Source: Octopus sinensis (lineage: Eukaryota). Taken from it: a stretch of DNA of 64,000 nucleotides. Location: contig NC_043022.1 of NCBI RefSeq assembly GCF_006345805.1, positions 15,376,001 to 15,440,000 on the forward strand. The letters are read 5' to 3'. The translations under genes and the position numbers were made by a program. Shown here one piece after another: positions 38,608 to 51,198 of the stretch; within the stretch, counting starts at the first letter, position 1, and each line of letters begins with the position of its first letter. The notes under the pieces were generated by a model that did not search any database, was not told where the DNA came from, and was given only the letters and a program-made list of their open reading frames with translations.

Positions 38608-39071
38608 TAACCCTTTCGCTACCATATTTCTGTTGAGATGCTCTAATTAATTTTAAATATAACAAAGAATTTAGTAAAATAACTTAGTTATCATTAAGCT
38701 AGTGTTAGGAACATAAATTGTGACTAAGGTTTGATGGAAGATTTTAATTCAAAACTTATGAAAACAAGACATTTGTACTCCAGAGCTAGTTTCAGCCAGG
38801 TTGGTATCAAAAAGGTTAAGAATTGTTTCTCTATTATGTATTTTAACCCTTTTGTTACCCTATTTCTGTTGAGATGCTCTGTGTTTCTTTCAATTACTTT
38901 AAATATAGCAAAGAATTTAGTAAAATAACTTAGTTATCATTAAGCTTGTGTTAGGAACATAAATTGTGACTAAGGTTTGGTGGAAAATTTTAATTCAAAA
39001 CTTATGAAAACAAGACATTTGTACTACAGAGCCAGAACCGGTTTCAACCAGGTTGGTTATGAAAGGTTTAA
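38608..39071. mobile_element. two tandem TTAA-flanked piggyBac-like MITEs
   Basis: TTAACCCTTT...AAAGGTTAA units at ~38608-38818 and ~38843-39071; third copy at 53699-53927. Confidence 0.7.
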
Positions 39072-39188
39072 AGGCTGATGGATTAAACATCATGATGATG
39101 GTAGTGGTGGTACTTATTTAAATATTTGATTGTAGTTTGTTTATTTCAAGCAGTTTATTTATATTTATGTTTGTTATTGTTGTTGTAG

Positions 39189-39321
39189 CTTGCTGACCAA
39201 GAAGATCGTGCGCAAGAAATATTTACAGCACTCAAACAGAACCAGTTTGAATTCCGAGCAAAAGACTCTCCTTACCGACGTTATCATCAACTTGTTGTTT
39301 GAATTCAATGTAGGAAAAGAT
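39189..39321 (+). CDS. HIRIP3: HIRIP3-like exon 2 (NLLTKKIVRKKYLQHSNRTSLNSEQKTLLTDVIINLLFEFNVGKD)
   Basis: Acceptor TTGTAG|C and donor GAT|GTAAGT; an alternative in-frame donor exists at 39310. Resembles HIRIP3 LTHSIVRRRYLAHSGRSHLEPEEKQAL. Confidence 0.85.
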
Positions 39322-39559
39322 GTAAGTTGGGGCTTCATTGCTTTAGAGAAAGGGGCCAGGTTGTTGTTTGTCTTTTTGTTTTTTTTCTCTTCCTTTTGAT
39401 ACCATTCCACCTGTGACCACCCATCTTGGTTTTATGGTATCCACTTCCTGTCTGATCTAAAGCTTAAACTTTCCCTTAAAATTCTGTGTTAATTTATGTT
39501 CCAAACGCCCAGCTTTTCACTAAATTCTTCATTGCCTTTAAACTAAACTGAAACAATTT

Positions 39560-40312
39560 AGCGTATTTCTACCTACACATCGAGCAGGGCCACCTACCTG
39601 AGTGGGTGTGTGATGAGTTCGCCTTCCTACTTTGCTACAATGTAGCAAAGACCAAATTTGGTTTTTGCTACATTGACTCTAAGGATTTTTGATTCTAAAC
39701 CTAGCTTCCACATCCGAAATTTCTTTTCTAGTTCTGGTAGTGATTCTGCTATGAGGGCCAGGTCATCAGCATAGAGGAGCTCCCAGGGGCAACCTGTCTT
39801 GAATTCCTCTGTTATTGCCTGGAGGACTATAATGAATAAAAGGGGACTGAGGGCTGAACCTTGGTGGACCCCTACTTCTACCCGGAATTCTTCACTATGC
39901 TCATTGCCAATCCTAACCTTACTAACAGCCTCTCTGTATAGGGCCTGTACAGTCCATATTAACCATTCGTCAATCCCCAGTTCCCGCATCACCCACCAGA
40001 TAAGGGATCAGGGGACCGACCCTATCAAAGGCTTTCTCCAAACCCACATGGCATCAGTGGTGCTTCTACCCGGCACAAAACCGAACTGCATCTCATCTAA
40101 GCAGACTCTCTTCCCCTAATGAGTTGGGCTATGACCCTCTCCGTGACCTTCACCACCTGATCCAGTAGTTTGATACTCCTGTAGTTATTTCTGTCTAGAG
40201 CATCACCTTTACCCTTGTAGCAGTTGACTATGGTGCTGCTATGCCAGTCGTTGAGTATGACTCCATCATGAACTACCTGGTTTACAATGCGGGTGACTAG
40301 GCCATAGCCCGT
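39560..40312 (-). mobile_element. degenerate RT fragment of the same RTE-like LINE in HIRIP3 intron 2
   Basis: YKGKGDALDRNNYRSIKLL, GVHQGSALSPLLF and ELLYADDL, with frameshifts. Confidence 0.85.
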
Positions 40313-40515
40313 GTGTGGTGTATATATATATATATATACACACACACACGATTGGGATGATTGGAGTATATATAGCTTGTGTGTGGCTGTATACAATCAA
40401 GTTTGTCTTAAAGACAAAAAATGTAATTAATGAAAATAAATTTGTTTAATTAAAACTATATGTTGATTTGTTTTTCTTTTCTTTTTTTTCTTTTACTCTC
40501 TGTCTCCCCTCACAG

Positions 40516-42513
40516 AAATCTGCAGATGAAGATGACAGAAACACCGAGATCAAAGACACAACATCACCAAAAGCATCCGAAACGACAGTCTCACCAGAGG
40601 ACAAGAGCACAATAGAGACATCAGATAGCGTCAAAGAAAAATCAGACGGTGATGCCAAAAATGGAAAGGAGTTGCCAAAAGAAGCAGGATCTGTTGTTGA
40701 TGATGATGATGATAATGGTAGTTGTGAGATTAATGGCGATGCTGCTAATTGTAAGGCTGGTGCCAAGGATGACCAGAATATTGGAACTGACCGAAAAAAT
40801 GATGTCAGTTTGGAGAGTGATGCCAAAAGCATTGATAATGTTAAAAGCAGTGAAAATAACTTTGGTGGCGTAAAGAAAGAGGTAGATCTGGAGACTGATG
40901 CAGTCAAAGAAAATGAAGATGATGTTAGTGGCGGTGGGGATGGCGGGAATTTACCGGATTCTGTGCATGGAAGTTCCAAAATGATGAGCAAGACGATTGG
41001 CGTGAGTCATTCACGAAGAAACATTCGAGTCATTGCGAAACCGACTCGGAAGGAATTGACATCTATACAAGAAAGTGGTAAGAATAAATCACCTGGCATT
41101 GCAGAAACCAGCATAGTTTCCCCAGATGCTGACGCTGACGTGTCTTGTAACGATGACAGAAACGATTTAAAGGTCTCTGAGGAAAAAGAATGCCAAATCT
41201 CGTCGTCTCTGAAATCTTGTACAGAAGATAAATCAGCCAAGTCGGTGCCAGTTCCAAATTCAAAGAGATTGTCAGCATTTGAGGTTCTTCACTCTGTTCT
41301 TGAAGACAGCAGTGATGCCATCAGCAGCTTGCACAGTGATGAGGATGTAGGGCAAGAGACGGACGAGTCTGTTGTGAAAAACGTTTTGCATATCAGGAAC
41401 ACACCGTTCTCTTTACTTTCCAGTGATAGTCAGGAAGTGACTGCGGAGAAGAATAATGTCACGAGGGAGGAGATGGGCACACCAGTTCGAAGCCGCTTTC
41501 ACAAAGCATCCCTTGAGTTAGATAATGCTAGTTCCGATAGCGCTTTCACGCCGCCAGCCAAGCTGAGGAAGCTAATACAGATAAGTGATTCGTCCGAGTC
41601 GAATAATAGTCCAATTAGAATCCGTCTGTTTCGGAACCGTATCATAAACAGTACCTTGGGAAATGTGAAGTCAAAGAAAGCCAAGAAAATCATCGACAGC
41701 GATTCCGATAGCAAAAGTCCATTCAAGGTGGAGAACATAAAGGGAGGTGATCCTGATAGTCCAGTGTTGAATACTACACGAAAGAAACGGTCTTCCGGTC
41801 AAGCGGTGAAAAGTCGACAATCCAAGAATGAAGCAACAGCATGTGATAATAACAGAACGAAGAAAACGGTGAAGCCGTTCACGATTTCTTTGTCTAAAAA
41901 GGAAATACTTAAAAACTCAGATTCTGATTCTGGTTCCAGTTCCGATCTTGACCGAAATACGGTCAGAAGCAAAAGACAGATGGCCAAAAGAAGAAAACTG
42001 TCCGATTCTCAAGATGACCAGCCACAACAAGTAGTTTCTTCAGCATCATCGTCCCATTCAGAATTGGAATCGGATGACCTGAAACTTTCACAAATCAAAC
42101 TGTTATATTCTCAGAATCAAAAAGAGTCGAGCAGTTCAGACAGTGACGAGGATCTACTAATTAATTACGCAGCTGGTGGTGCCAAGCATCACCTTACTAC
42201 CAAAGAAGCAAGCAGTAAACCCTGTGGTAAAAGCGGGCGAGGTGGTGGTGGTGGTGCCTTCACGTCCAAAGTGAAGATCATTCGTGAGAAAGGCCTAAAC
42301 AGCTCTGACAGTGAAAACCCAGCATCCAGATCCCTGTCTGCTGCAAAAAAAGAAGGTGCTGACAATTCCGTTTACACTATGCGCATTATTCGAGAGAATG
42401 TGCCCGTCAATTCCGAAAGTGATAACGCATTGCAACATGATTTGCCTACCTGTGATACAGCGACGATGACCAAAGGTGATGATAGCCTGGATGACGATAA
42501 GCTTTCTCCAGAG
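40516..42513 (+). CDS. HIRIP3: HIRIP3-like exon 3, 666 codons of acidic/Ser-rich, then basic, low-complexity sequence
   Basis: Strong polypyrimidine tract with CACAG|AAA acceptor and GAG|GTGAGA donor; 1998 nt, phase 0/0. Lies inside the 787-aa ORF of the track. Confidence 0.85.
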
Positions 42514-44221
42514 GTGAGAAAACCTTCTCTTACCCCCCTAACACACCCTTTTTTAACCCAATACAATGACAGTTTTTCCTTTGACTACGACAGTGTATTG
42601 TCCGACTTCCATAAGGAAATAGCAGAGTCACAGACCTCAAAACAAAAGAAGATTTATAAGACTCTTTACCGGAGTCAGCGTTGTTGTTTGCAGGACTTTG
42701 TGCCAGAAATGCCATGTCTAACTCCTAGTTCGATCCATGATGCACAGCTACCAAAAAATCTCTACCGTTCCACCTCACCCCCCCATTTTAGTTTACGCAA
42801 AAGAAAAAAAAAACTTACCAAAAATTGTTGAACCAACAAAAGCACAAAAAATGGAATATTGAAATCAGAAGCAAGTCGTATCTGAGAGATAATATCCAAC
42901 TGTGCCGTTCTTTATTGTGCAGAAGTTGATTTGGCACTGAATGCCTGACCATTTAAGGATGGTTTTTTTTCCCTTTAGTTCTTTCAACTAACAGATTCCA
43001 AGACTGTGATCAACAATAAACACAAAATTTTTTTGTTTGGCTTATATATGTGTGTGTGTGTTTTATCCCATACTTCATTTCAAGAATGGTAAATGAATCT
43101 GTGTTTGACTGTCTTTCGTGTCGATGGCATGTAAAAAGCACCGACCAATCGTGGCCGCTACCAGCGTCCCCTGGCACCTGTGCTGGTGACATGGAAAAAA
43201 GCACCCACTACACTCGCGGAGTGGATGGCGTTAGGAAGGGCATCCAGCTGTAGAAACACTGCCAGATCAGACGAACCTGGTGCAGCCTCCTGGCTTCCCA
43301 GACCCCGGTCAAACCGTCCAACCCATGCTCAGACAGGATGTTGACAAGGGGCCAGCATTGCTATGGCAACAAGCCGCAGTATAGTATGTGTTGTATCCAC
43401 TGTATGAGCTCATTGCATTTGAGACCCCATCTGATAGGGTGCAGTGTTATTGTGGGTTAATAGGGGAGATGGGATAAAGGTCCTTCCTGAGTCATATGGA
43501 AGGGTTGCTTTCCTGGTTTCTCTGGTGCATGTATTCCCTTCCGAATGGGATGCTGGTCTGTTGCAGCATTACTTGCTTTTGCCAGCCAAGTGGACTGAGC
43601 TAACATGAAATAAAGGGTCTTGCTCAAGATCACAACACATCACCCAGACCTGAAATTGAAACCACGATCTTACGATCATGACTCCAACACCCTTAACCAC
43701 TAAGCCATCCACCAGTCTATTTCTGTATGGTGGATCCACATTAATCTCTAAGGTATATACAGCCAGTTTCTTTGCTGTATTTCCCCCCTGGACTGGATCC
43801 CAGTCCCTCACAGGATTACTCACTATTACCAGCTGAGTGAACTGGAGCAACGTAAAATGAAGTGTCTTGCTCAAGAACACAACACGTCGCCCAGTCCAGG
43901 AATTGAAACCACAATCTTACAATCATGAGTCCAACAGCCTAACCACTGAGCCATGCATCTCCCCCAGTCTCTTTCTGCATGGTTAGTCCTGTAAGGAGCA
44001 TAGAGTTGGTTTCCTAGTTTCTCTGGAGGGGTTGCCACTTCAGGATGGAATTAATAATTTTTACAAGCTGAGTGGAGTGGAACAACATGAAATGAAGTGT
44101 CTTGCTCAAGAAAACAATACAGCACCCAGTCCAGGAATCGAAACCTCAGCCTTACAATCATATCTCTGACACCCCTGACCATTAAACCATCTGCCTCCAC
44201 CAATCTATTTCTGTAGAGTAA

Positions 44222-44610
44222 ATTACTCTTTACTCTTTTACTTGTTTCAGTCATTTGACTGCGGCCATGCTGGAGCACCGCCTTTAATCGAGCAAATCGA
44301 CCCCGGGACTTATTCTTTGTAAGCCCAGTACTTATCCTATCGGTCTCTTTTGCCGAACCGCAAAGTGACGGGGACATAAACACACCAGCATCGGTTGTCA
44401 AGCGATGTTGGGGGGGACAAACACACACATATATATATACATATATACAACAGGCTTCTTTCAGTTTCCGTCCACCAAATCCACTCACAAGGCATTGGTC
44501 GGCCCGGGGCTATAGTAGAAGACACTTGCCCAAGATGCCACGCAGTGGGACTGAACCTGGAACCATGTGGTTGGTTAGCAAGCTACTTACCACAGAGCCA
44601 CTCCTGCACC
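44222..44610 (-). mobile_element. SINE family A copy
   Basis: Full-length reverse copy. Confidence 0.85.
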
Positions 44611-44880
44611 TAAATTCACACTAATCTTTAAGGAGCACACAGCCAGTTTGTCTGTTGTACAGTTACTCATTTTTGCCATCCAGGTGGACTGGGGCAATGT
44701 GAAATGAAGTGTCTTGCTCAAGGACTCAATGCACAACCAATCGTTTCCCTTTGTTTTCCTCCTTTTTCTTTCTTTATAATGACTAAACTCCTGTTTTCTT
44801 TCTTTTGCTTTCTAACTGAACTTTTGATATCAGCTTTTATTGTTGCCATTACTGTTGTACTGTTTATAATAATAATAATA

Positions 44881-45262
44881 TTGGGTTGTCCGGAAAGTTC
44901 ATGCCGATTTTTAAAGGAAGGAAAAAGGTCAATAAATACTTGCCATTACATTTTTAGTCAACCAAATATGAACCATTTTGTTGCACAATGCGTCTCCATC
45001 TTTCCTTTAACTTGAAAATACCCTCTTCACAGAATTGAGGTGGTTTCGTGGCAAGGAATTCATCAAGGTATCTTTTTACATCATCTAAGGAATTGAAATT
45101 TTTACCATTAAGACTATTCTGCAGAGACCTGAATAAGTGGAAATCCAAAGGAGCAATGTCTGGTGAATGTGGAGGGTGGGGGAACACATCCCAGCCAAGC
45201 TGCAGCAATTTTTGTCTGGTTCCCAAAGCATCAATACCGAAAATGAACTTTCTTATCTTACA
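44881..45262 (-). mobile_element. mariner transposase 3' fragment with terminal inverted repeat
   Basis: LGWDVFPHPPHSPDIAPLDFHLFRSLQN (YSPDLAPSD-type motif) and RWRRIVQQNGSY; TIR TTGGGTTGTCCGGAAAG abuts TA. Confidence 0.88.
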
Positions 45263-45264
45263 GT

Positions 45265-45494
45265 TTAACCCTTTAGTGTTTAAACCGGCCATATCCGGCC
45301 AAAATATTCTACCTGTTTTATGTTCAAACTAGTCAGATATGGTCATTCATAGCTACCTTATTGTGTCATTTTAAAAATAAACAATCACATCATTGAAAAT
45401 CTCAAAGCCATGAAATGATGCAAGATTAATTTTATATGGTGTGAATACATAAGCTTTACTTTTGACAGAATAATCTGAATGCTAAAGGGTTAAA
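45265..45494. mobile_element. second TTAA-flanked piggyBac-like MITE family
   Basis: TTAACCCTTTAG...CTAAAGGGTTAA; relatives at ~46296-46375 and ~57268-57497. Confidence 0.7.
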
Positions 45495-46377
45495 GGGTTA
45501 CAGAATTAACACAGGTTATAGGAACATATAAAGCGGGGTCCCAAGATTTTACGCTAAGTCCACCTTCAGGTAGACCCACGATACGGCCTCTTTGAAATTC
45601 AAACAGTTCCAAGGCGTCTTTTGTACATGGCATGATTAAGCAGTCACGTATAGAACCTGAAGCATAAAAATGTCAATTAGAAAAAAAAATACAAGTTAAA
45701 AGAAACACAAAACAATATTTTGTAGGGTGTATGTGTGTGTGTATATATGCTTATGGTGTGTAAACATCATGTCAAGTTTGTTTTGCATTGAAAACCTAAG
45801 TGGATGAGATCATGCAGAACCGACCAAGAAATTAAAATTTCCATATATATATATCTCCTGTGGTATGTATATTTTGTTAGTGTTTGTGGGTGGGTGTGTT
45901 CACTTGGAATCAAAAGAAGTGAAAATGTGACTATTTCTGTTAGTTCCGCCTTTCCTAGTTTATTGTCACATTCCAGAGTCCTGGAGAGAGAGAGAGACAA
46001 CTGCCAATTTAGACCGCACCTTTCACAAAAGGAGGTCTGATGACACATTCAGCTAACATGGGTGTGGACATGGCTGCGTGGTAAGAAGTTTGCTTCCGAA
46101 CCACATGGTTTCAGGTTCAATCTCATTGCACGGCACCTCAAGCAAGTGTCTTTCTACCATAGCCCTAGCCTGTTCAAACCCTTGTGAGTGGATTTGGTTG
46201 ATAGAAACTTCAAGAAGCCCATTGTTTATGTGTGTATATGTATGTATATGTGTGTGTATATACATACACACATCAAAATTATTTTAATTTCATTTAACCC
46301 TTCAGCATTTAAACCGGCCAAAAATATTCTGCCTGTTTTATGGTCAAACTGGTCTCTCACACCAACCCTACCCTTTA

Positions 46378-46753
46378 CCTTTTTACTTGTTTCAGTCATT
46401 TGACTGCGGCCATGCTGGAGCACCGCCTTTAGTCGAGCAACTCGACCCCGGAACTTATTCTTTTGTAAGCCCAGTACTTATTCTATCGGTCTCTTTTGTC
46501 GAACCGCTAAGTGACGGGGACGTAACACACCACCATCGGTTGTCAAGCAATACTAGGGGGACAAACACAGACACACACGCATACATATATACGACGGGCT
46601 TCTTTCAGTTTCCGTCTACCAAATCCACTCACAAGGCCCTGGTCGGCCCGGGGCTATAGTAGAAGACACTTGCCCAAGGTGCCATGCAGTGGACTGAACC
46701 CGGAACCATGTGGTTGGTAAGCAAGCTACTTACCACACAGCCACTCCTGCACC
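46378..46753 (-). mobile_element. SINE family A copy
   Basis: Full-length reverse copy; an opposite-strand partial copy lies at ~46060-46260. Confidence 0.85.
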
Positions 46754-47788
46754 TATATACACACACACACACACACACATACCACTTATAAACAAGGGCA
46801 AAAGAAAAACATTTCAATGCCAAATATGCCGAAATAGACTTAATTGTCAATAACCATATAATTTATCACTATAAGCACACATCTTTTGACGATTAAGTCT
46901 ATTTAGGCATATTTGGCATGGAAATATTTTTCTTTTGCCCTTGCTTATAACTAGTTTAAATGCTGAACTGCTAAACCATATCATACCATCTTAAAGAAAG
47001 TCACATAACACACTGTAGTTTTAGCTGGATAGCCATGGTTGGAACGCCTTTTGATATTCTTCATATTTCGTCTGCCAGCCTCGTCTGGCACCTGTGTCGG
47101 TGGCACATAAAATCCGAGCGTGGCCGTCTGCCAGCCTCGTCTGGCACCTGTTCGGTGGCACATAAAAACACATAGCGTGGCCGTCTGCCAGCCCGTCTGG
47201 CACTGTGTCGGTGGTCTTGGCACATAACACCATCCGATCGTCTGCCAGCCTAGTCTGGACCTGTGTCTGGACATAAAAATCACCCACTACACTCTCGGAG
47301 TGGTTGGCGTTAGGAAGGGCATCCAGCTGTAGAAACACTGCCAGATCTGACTGGACTGGTGCAGCTTTCGGGCTCCCCAGACCCCAGTTGAACCGTCCAA
47401 CCCATGCTAGCATGGAAAGCGGACGTTAAATGATGATGATGATGATGATGATGAGTATTTTCTTTCATCATTGTTTATGTAATATTTTTTTGTCTCTGCC
47501 ATTTTGGTGGAGAAGTTGATGTATTTGAATCCATTTTTCTGTGAGGAAGTCTGCAGGGTTTTTTGGGGTTTTTTGCCTTTATCATGAAACTGGAATAATT
47601 CTTCTGTTTTGTAAACCGTTTTCTTTTGTGGAGAATAACTTCAAATGTATTTTGCTGTCTTTTCATCCTCTCCACCTCGTGACCACCATCGATAACAAAC
47701 AAAAAAAATCAAAAACACCAAACTAAAACACCCGGTACGTGTATGTATGTATGTATATATATATATATGTGTGTATAATATACAAAAG

Positions 47789-47941
47789 GCATCAGCTGAA
47801 GTAGAGAACAGTGACGAAGGGGACTCCAAGAACGGATGCAATGGGCAAGAGGAAGAGGACACAGACTCCGACACTTCGTTGTCGTCATCACTGTCATCGT
47901 CATCAAATATTTCATCCTCCAAGAAAAACACCAGTGCAAAG
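47789..47941 (+). CDS. HIRIP3: HIRIP3-like exon 4 (ASAEVENSDEGDSK...KKNTSAK)
   Basis: Strong donor AAG|GTGAGT; 153 nt, phase 0/0; acidic Ser-rich peptide. The acceptor (TACAAAAG|) is weak, so the 5' boundary is less certain. Confidence 0.65.
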
Positions 47942-48049
47942 GTGAGTGTCAGGTTTATTCAGCCACCATCTACCCCTCCCCCCCACAAAACATTATACAC
48001 CCCACACCTCACACACACTCATCACGAAGCCAAAACTTCACAAATCCTT

Positions 48050-48624
48050 ACTCTTTACTCGTTTACTTGTTTCAGTCATTTGGCTGCGGCCATGCTGGAG
48101 CACCACCTTTAATCGAGCAACGCGACCCCGGGACTTATTCTTTTTTGTAAGCCCAGTACTTATTCTATCGGTCTCTTTTGCCGAACCGCTAAGTAACGGG
48201 GACGTAAACACACCAGCATCGGTTGTCAAGCAATGCTAGGGGGACAAACACACACACAAAATAGATATATATACATATATACGACGGGCTTCTTTCAGTT
48301 TCCGTCTACCAAATCCACTCACAAGGCTTTGGTCGGCCCGAGGCTATAGCAGAAGACACTTGCCCAAGATGCCATGCAGTGGGACTGAACCTGGAACCAT
48401 GTGGTTCATAAGCAAGCTACTTGTGTATATATATATATATATATATTCATATACATATATACGACGGGCTTCTTTCAGTTTCCGTCTACCAAATCCACTC
48501 ACAAGGCTTTGGTTGGCCCGGGGCTATAGTAGAAGACACTTGCCCAAGGTGCCACGCAGTGGGACTGGACCCGGAAGCATGTGGTTGGTAAGCAAGCTAC
48601 TTACCACACAGCCACTCCTGCGCC
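48050..48624 (-). mobile_element. SINE family A copy with duplicated 5' half
   Basis: Head region present twice (~48270-48420 and ~48455-48624). Confidence 0.8.
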
Positions 48625-48825
48625 TATGTGCAAATTTTTTTCTTTTTTTTTTTGCCAGTCTTGAGATGTTTCACAATCTCACCAACTCAAAGCTCAGAGG
48701 AACAGTTTCCAAAACTAAAGCTTCTACTTAATATACCATTATCTATCTATCTATCTAGCTATATATATATTACTTTGTTTCAAATCTTGTTTTTAACATA
48801 TGCACAATTGTGTATGTGTCTATAC

Positions 48826-49004
48826 CAGTGCTTTTCAACCTTTTCGCTGGAGCGGAACCCCAAGGAAACATTCCACTGGCTCGAGGAACCCCTGTGCAAT
48901 AATTTAATAGTCTTATGCACACATATCTGCACAGGAGAATTAAAAATTACTGCCGATTTTAGCAGTTTTGTAACTTCTTGCGGAACCCTGGTTGAAAACC
49001 ACTG
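48826..49004 (-). mobile_element. hAT-type MITE (same family as 4263-4463)
   Basis: 8-bp TSD GTCTATAC/GTCTATAT. Confidence 0.85.
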
Positions 49005-49331
49005 GTCTATATGTATGTATCTATCTATATATCTATATCATCATCATCATCGTTTGATGTAATATATATATATATATATATTAACAATTGAGGATAAAAT
49101 CTTTAAAAGAAGTTATCAGTAGTCAGCGTGAAAAACCTCGTAAGAGAAAAAATCCGTAAATTCTTCCTCTTTGAAAATATTCATGTGATATGTAACTGAA
49201 TTCTTTTTTAAAATGATGTGTTTTGAAGTTTTGCATTTGGTAAAATTTTGTTTATTTTTAGTAGTTTTGACCGCATTGGTCCCTCTTAGCGTGTTGGTAT
49301 CTACGAATAGTAGTACCCTCAATATAATATA

Positions 49332-49356
<25 letters not shown>

Positions 49357-49362
<6 letters not shown>

Positions 49363-49687
49363 ATATAATTCGAGACAAAACCACTATTTTAAAACCAAAC
49401 AAGGAAAGACTTAATCAATACATAAAATTTTAATATAAATTAAATAAACCGCCACTACAAATGTTTCATGTCTGCTCCGACAATCTTCAGGTGGATTTTC
49501 GATCTTCTAATCAGTATCAAATTTTGATACTGATTAGAAGATCGAAAATCCACCTGAAGATTGTCGGAGCAGACATGAAACATTTGTAGTGGCGGTTTAT
49601 TTAATTTATATTAAAATTTTATGTATTGATTAAGTCTTTCCTTGTTTGGTTTTAAAATAGTGGTTTTGTCTCGAATTATATTATATA
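49357..49687. repeat. perfect palindrome (165-bp arms, 1-nt spacer) containing a hammerhead-like motif; probable Penelope-like element remnant
   Basis: By eye, 49357-49521 is the exact reverse complement of 49523-49687. Motif CCAC-CTGAAGA-T-TGTC(GGAGCA)GACA-T-GAAAC-ATTT-GTA-GTGG at 49550-49592. Confidence 0.9.
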
Positions 49688-50470
49688 ATATTTTACTATA
49701 AAATTGGATTTAACCCTAAATCTGATTTTTCCCTGTAATTTTGGATTCATTCCCTAATATTTATTATTATATATATATATTACTTTGTTTCAAATCTTGT
49801 TTTTAACATATGCACAATTGTGTATGTGTCTATATGTATGTATCTATCTGCCTATCTTAGACCGTTAGCCCCTGCACGCATTTTTTCTCTCTGTGTTTCT
49901 TTTCTGTGTATCTTTCTGTCGAAGAGTGTAGGCTCAAAACGTAAAAGACTTGTTCTATTTCTATTCCTGAGTGCTATACTAATACATTTGTTTGTTTGTA
50001 CTCCACCTGCCTTCGTCTTTTGTTTATTTTCGTAAACCTTCCCGTTATATATATACCTATCTATATATCTCGATATATATATCTATCTATCTACCTATTT
50101 GTCTGTCTATATGTCTATCTATCTATCTGTCTGTTTGTCTATCTACAGAGAGTTACTTACTTGCAAATAAATGTGACATTATTGACCGAGGTTACCGTGG
50201 TCTTTTCCGTAGGCTTTTCTTTCCACGAATAAACCTTATCTGCTCTCCCCTTTACACGTTACATCATGACATTTCTGTGATACATGATCCTTATTGATTG
50301 TTTTTTTTCTTTCCTTTTTACGATCCCTTTTGATCGAAAACCTACAACCTACCCCACTTATTTTTTCCTCCCCAAAAAGAAAAGCTCTACTTTGTAATTT
50401 GTCCCCTCTGTGTTCAGCCCTGTGTGGCTAATAAAGAAACATATCTGTTTGTCTATCCGTTTATCTACCT

Positions 50471-50857
50471 ATAGCAGTATCGCCCGGCGTTGCTCGGGTT
50501 TGTAAGGGAAATAACTATATAAGTATTTTTAGAGATGTAAAGTATAATAGCCATCTGAATATGGCTAACCACAAAGGGTGGGAGGGGTACTGTAGCTTTT
50601 TACGTTCTGAGATTTAATGATAAATTTTTAGAGAGTTACTTCCCTTATATATGCCAAAAATGGGAAAAATTGATGGTAAATTTTTTTTTAAATCGTAGAC
50701 TCATCGTAGACGTGCGCTAATACCCAGAAGGGCTCGATATGAATCACGACTATAAGATACCCGGTTTTGGTTAAACTGCACTGCAAAATGTGGGAGTAGT
50801 TAGGAATCTAAATCGTAGGAGACAGACAGCACACAACCTCACTTTTATATATAAAGA
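50471..50857 (-). mobile_element. non-autonomous Helitron (same family)
   Basis: Same body, with CCCG-AGCAACGC-CGGG subterminal hairpin. Confidence 0.8.
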
Positions 50858-51198
50858 TTTGTCCATCTGTCCATCTGACTACCTATTTATCTATGTACTT
50901 ATCTACCTATCTGTCTATCCGTCCGTCCATCTATCCACCTCATCAGTATTTCAACGTCCCCTGCTGCTTTCCATGGATCTGCCAGAATTCATGGAAGCAG
51001 ATTCTCTCTGAATGTCTTATTCTTCCATGCATGGGTGACAGACAGACTGAGAAGTTGTAAAGTTCCCTTTTTACTATTAATTTCTTTGTTTTATTTCTTC
51101 TTTCTTTGTTGTGCTTCTGTCATTGGACTCTGGCCATGCTGGGGCACCACCCTTCCATGTTTCATTCATTTGCCTTTTTACTTTTTTTTCTGAAACAG

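Noticed and set aside
40468-42831. 787-aa ORF as a stand-alone intronless gene
   Set aside because: The start lies in a polypyrimidine tract with no true ATG; splice sites join it in frame to flanking HIRIP3 exons.
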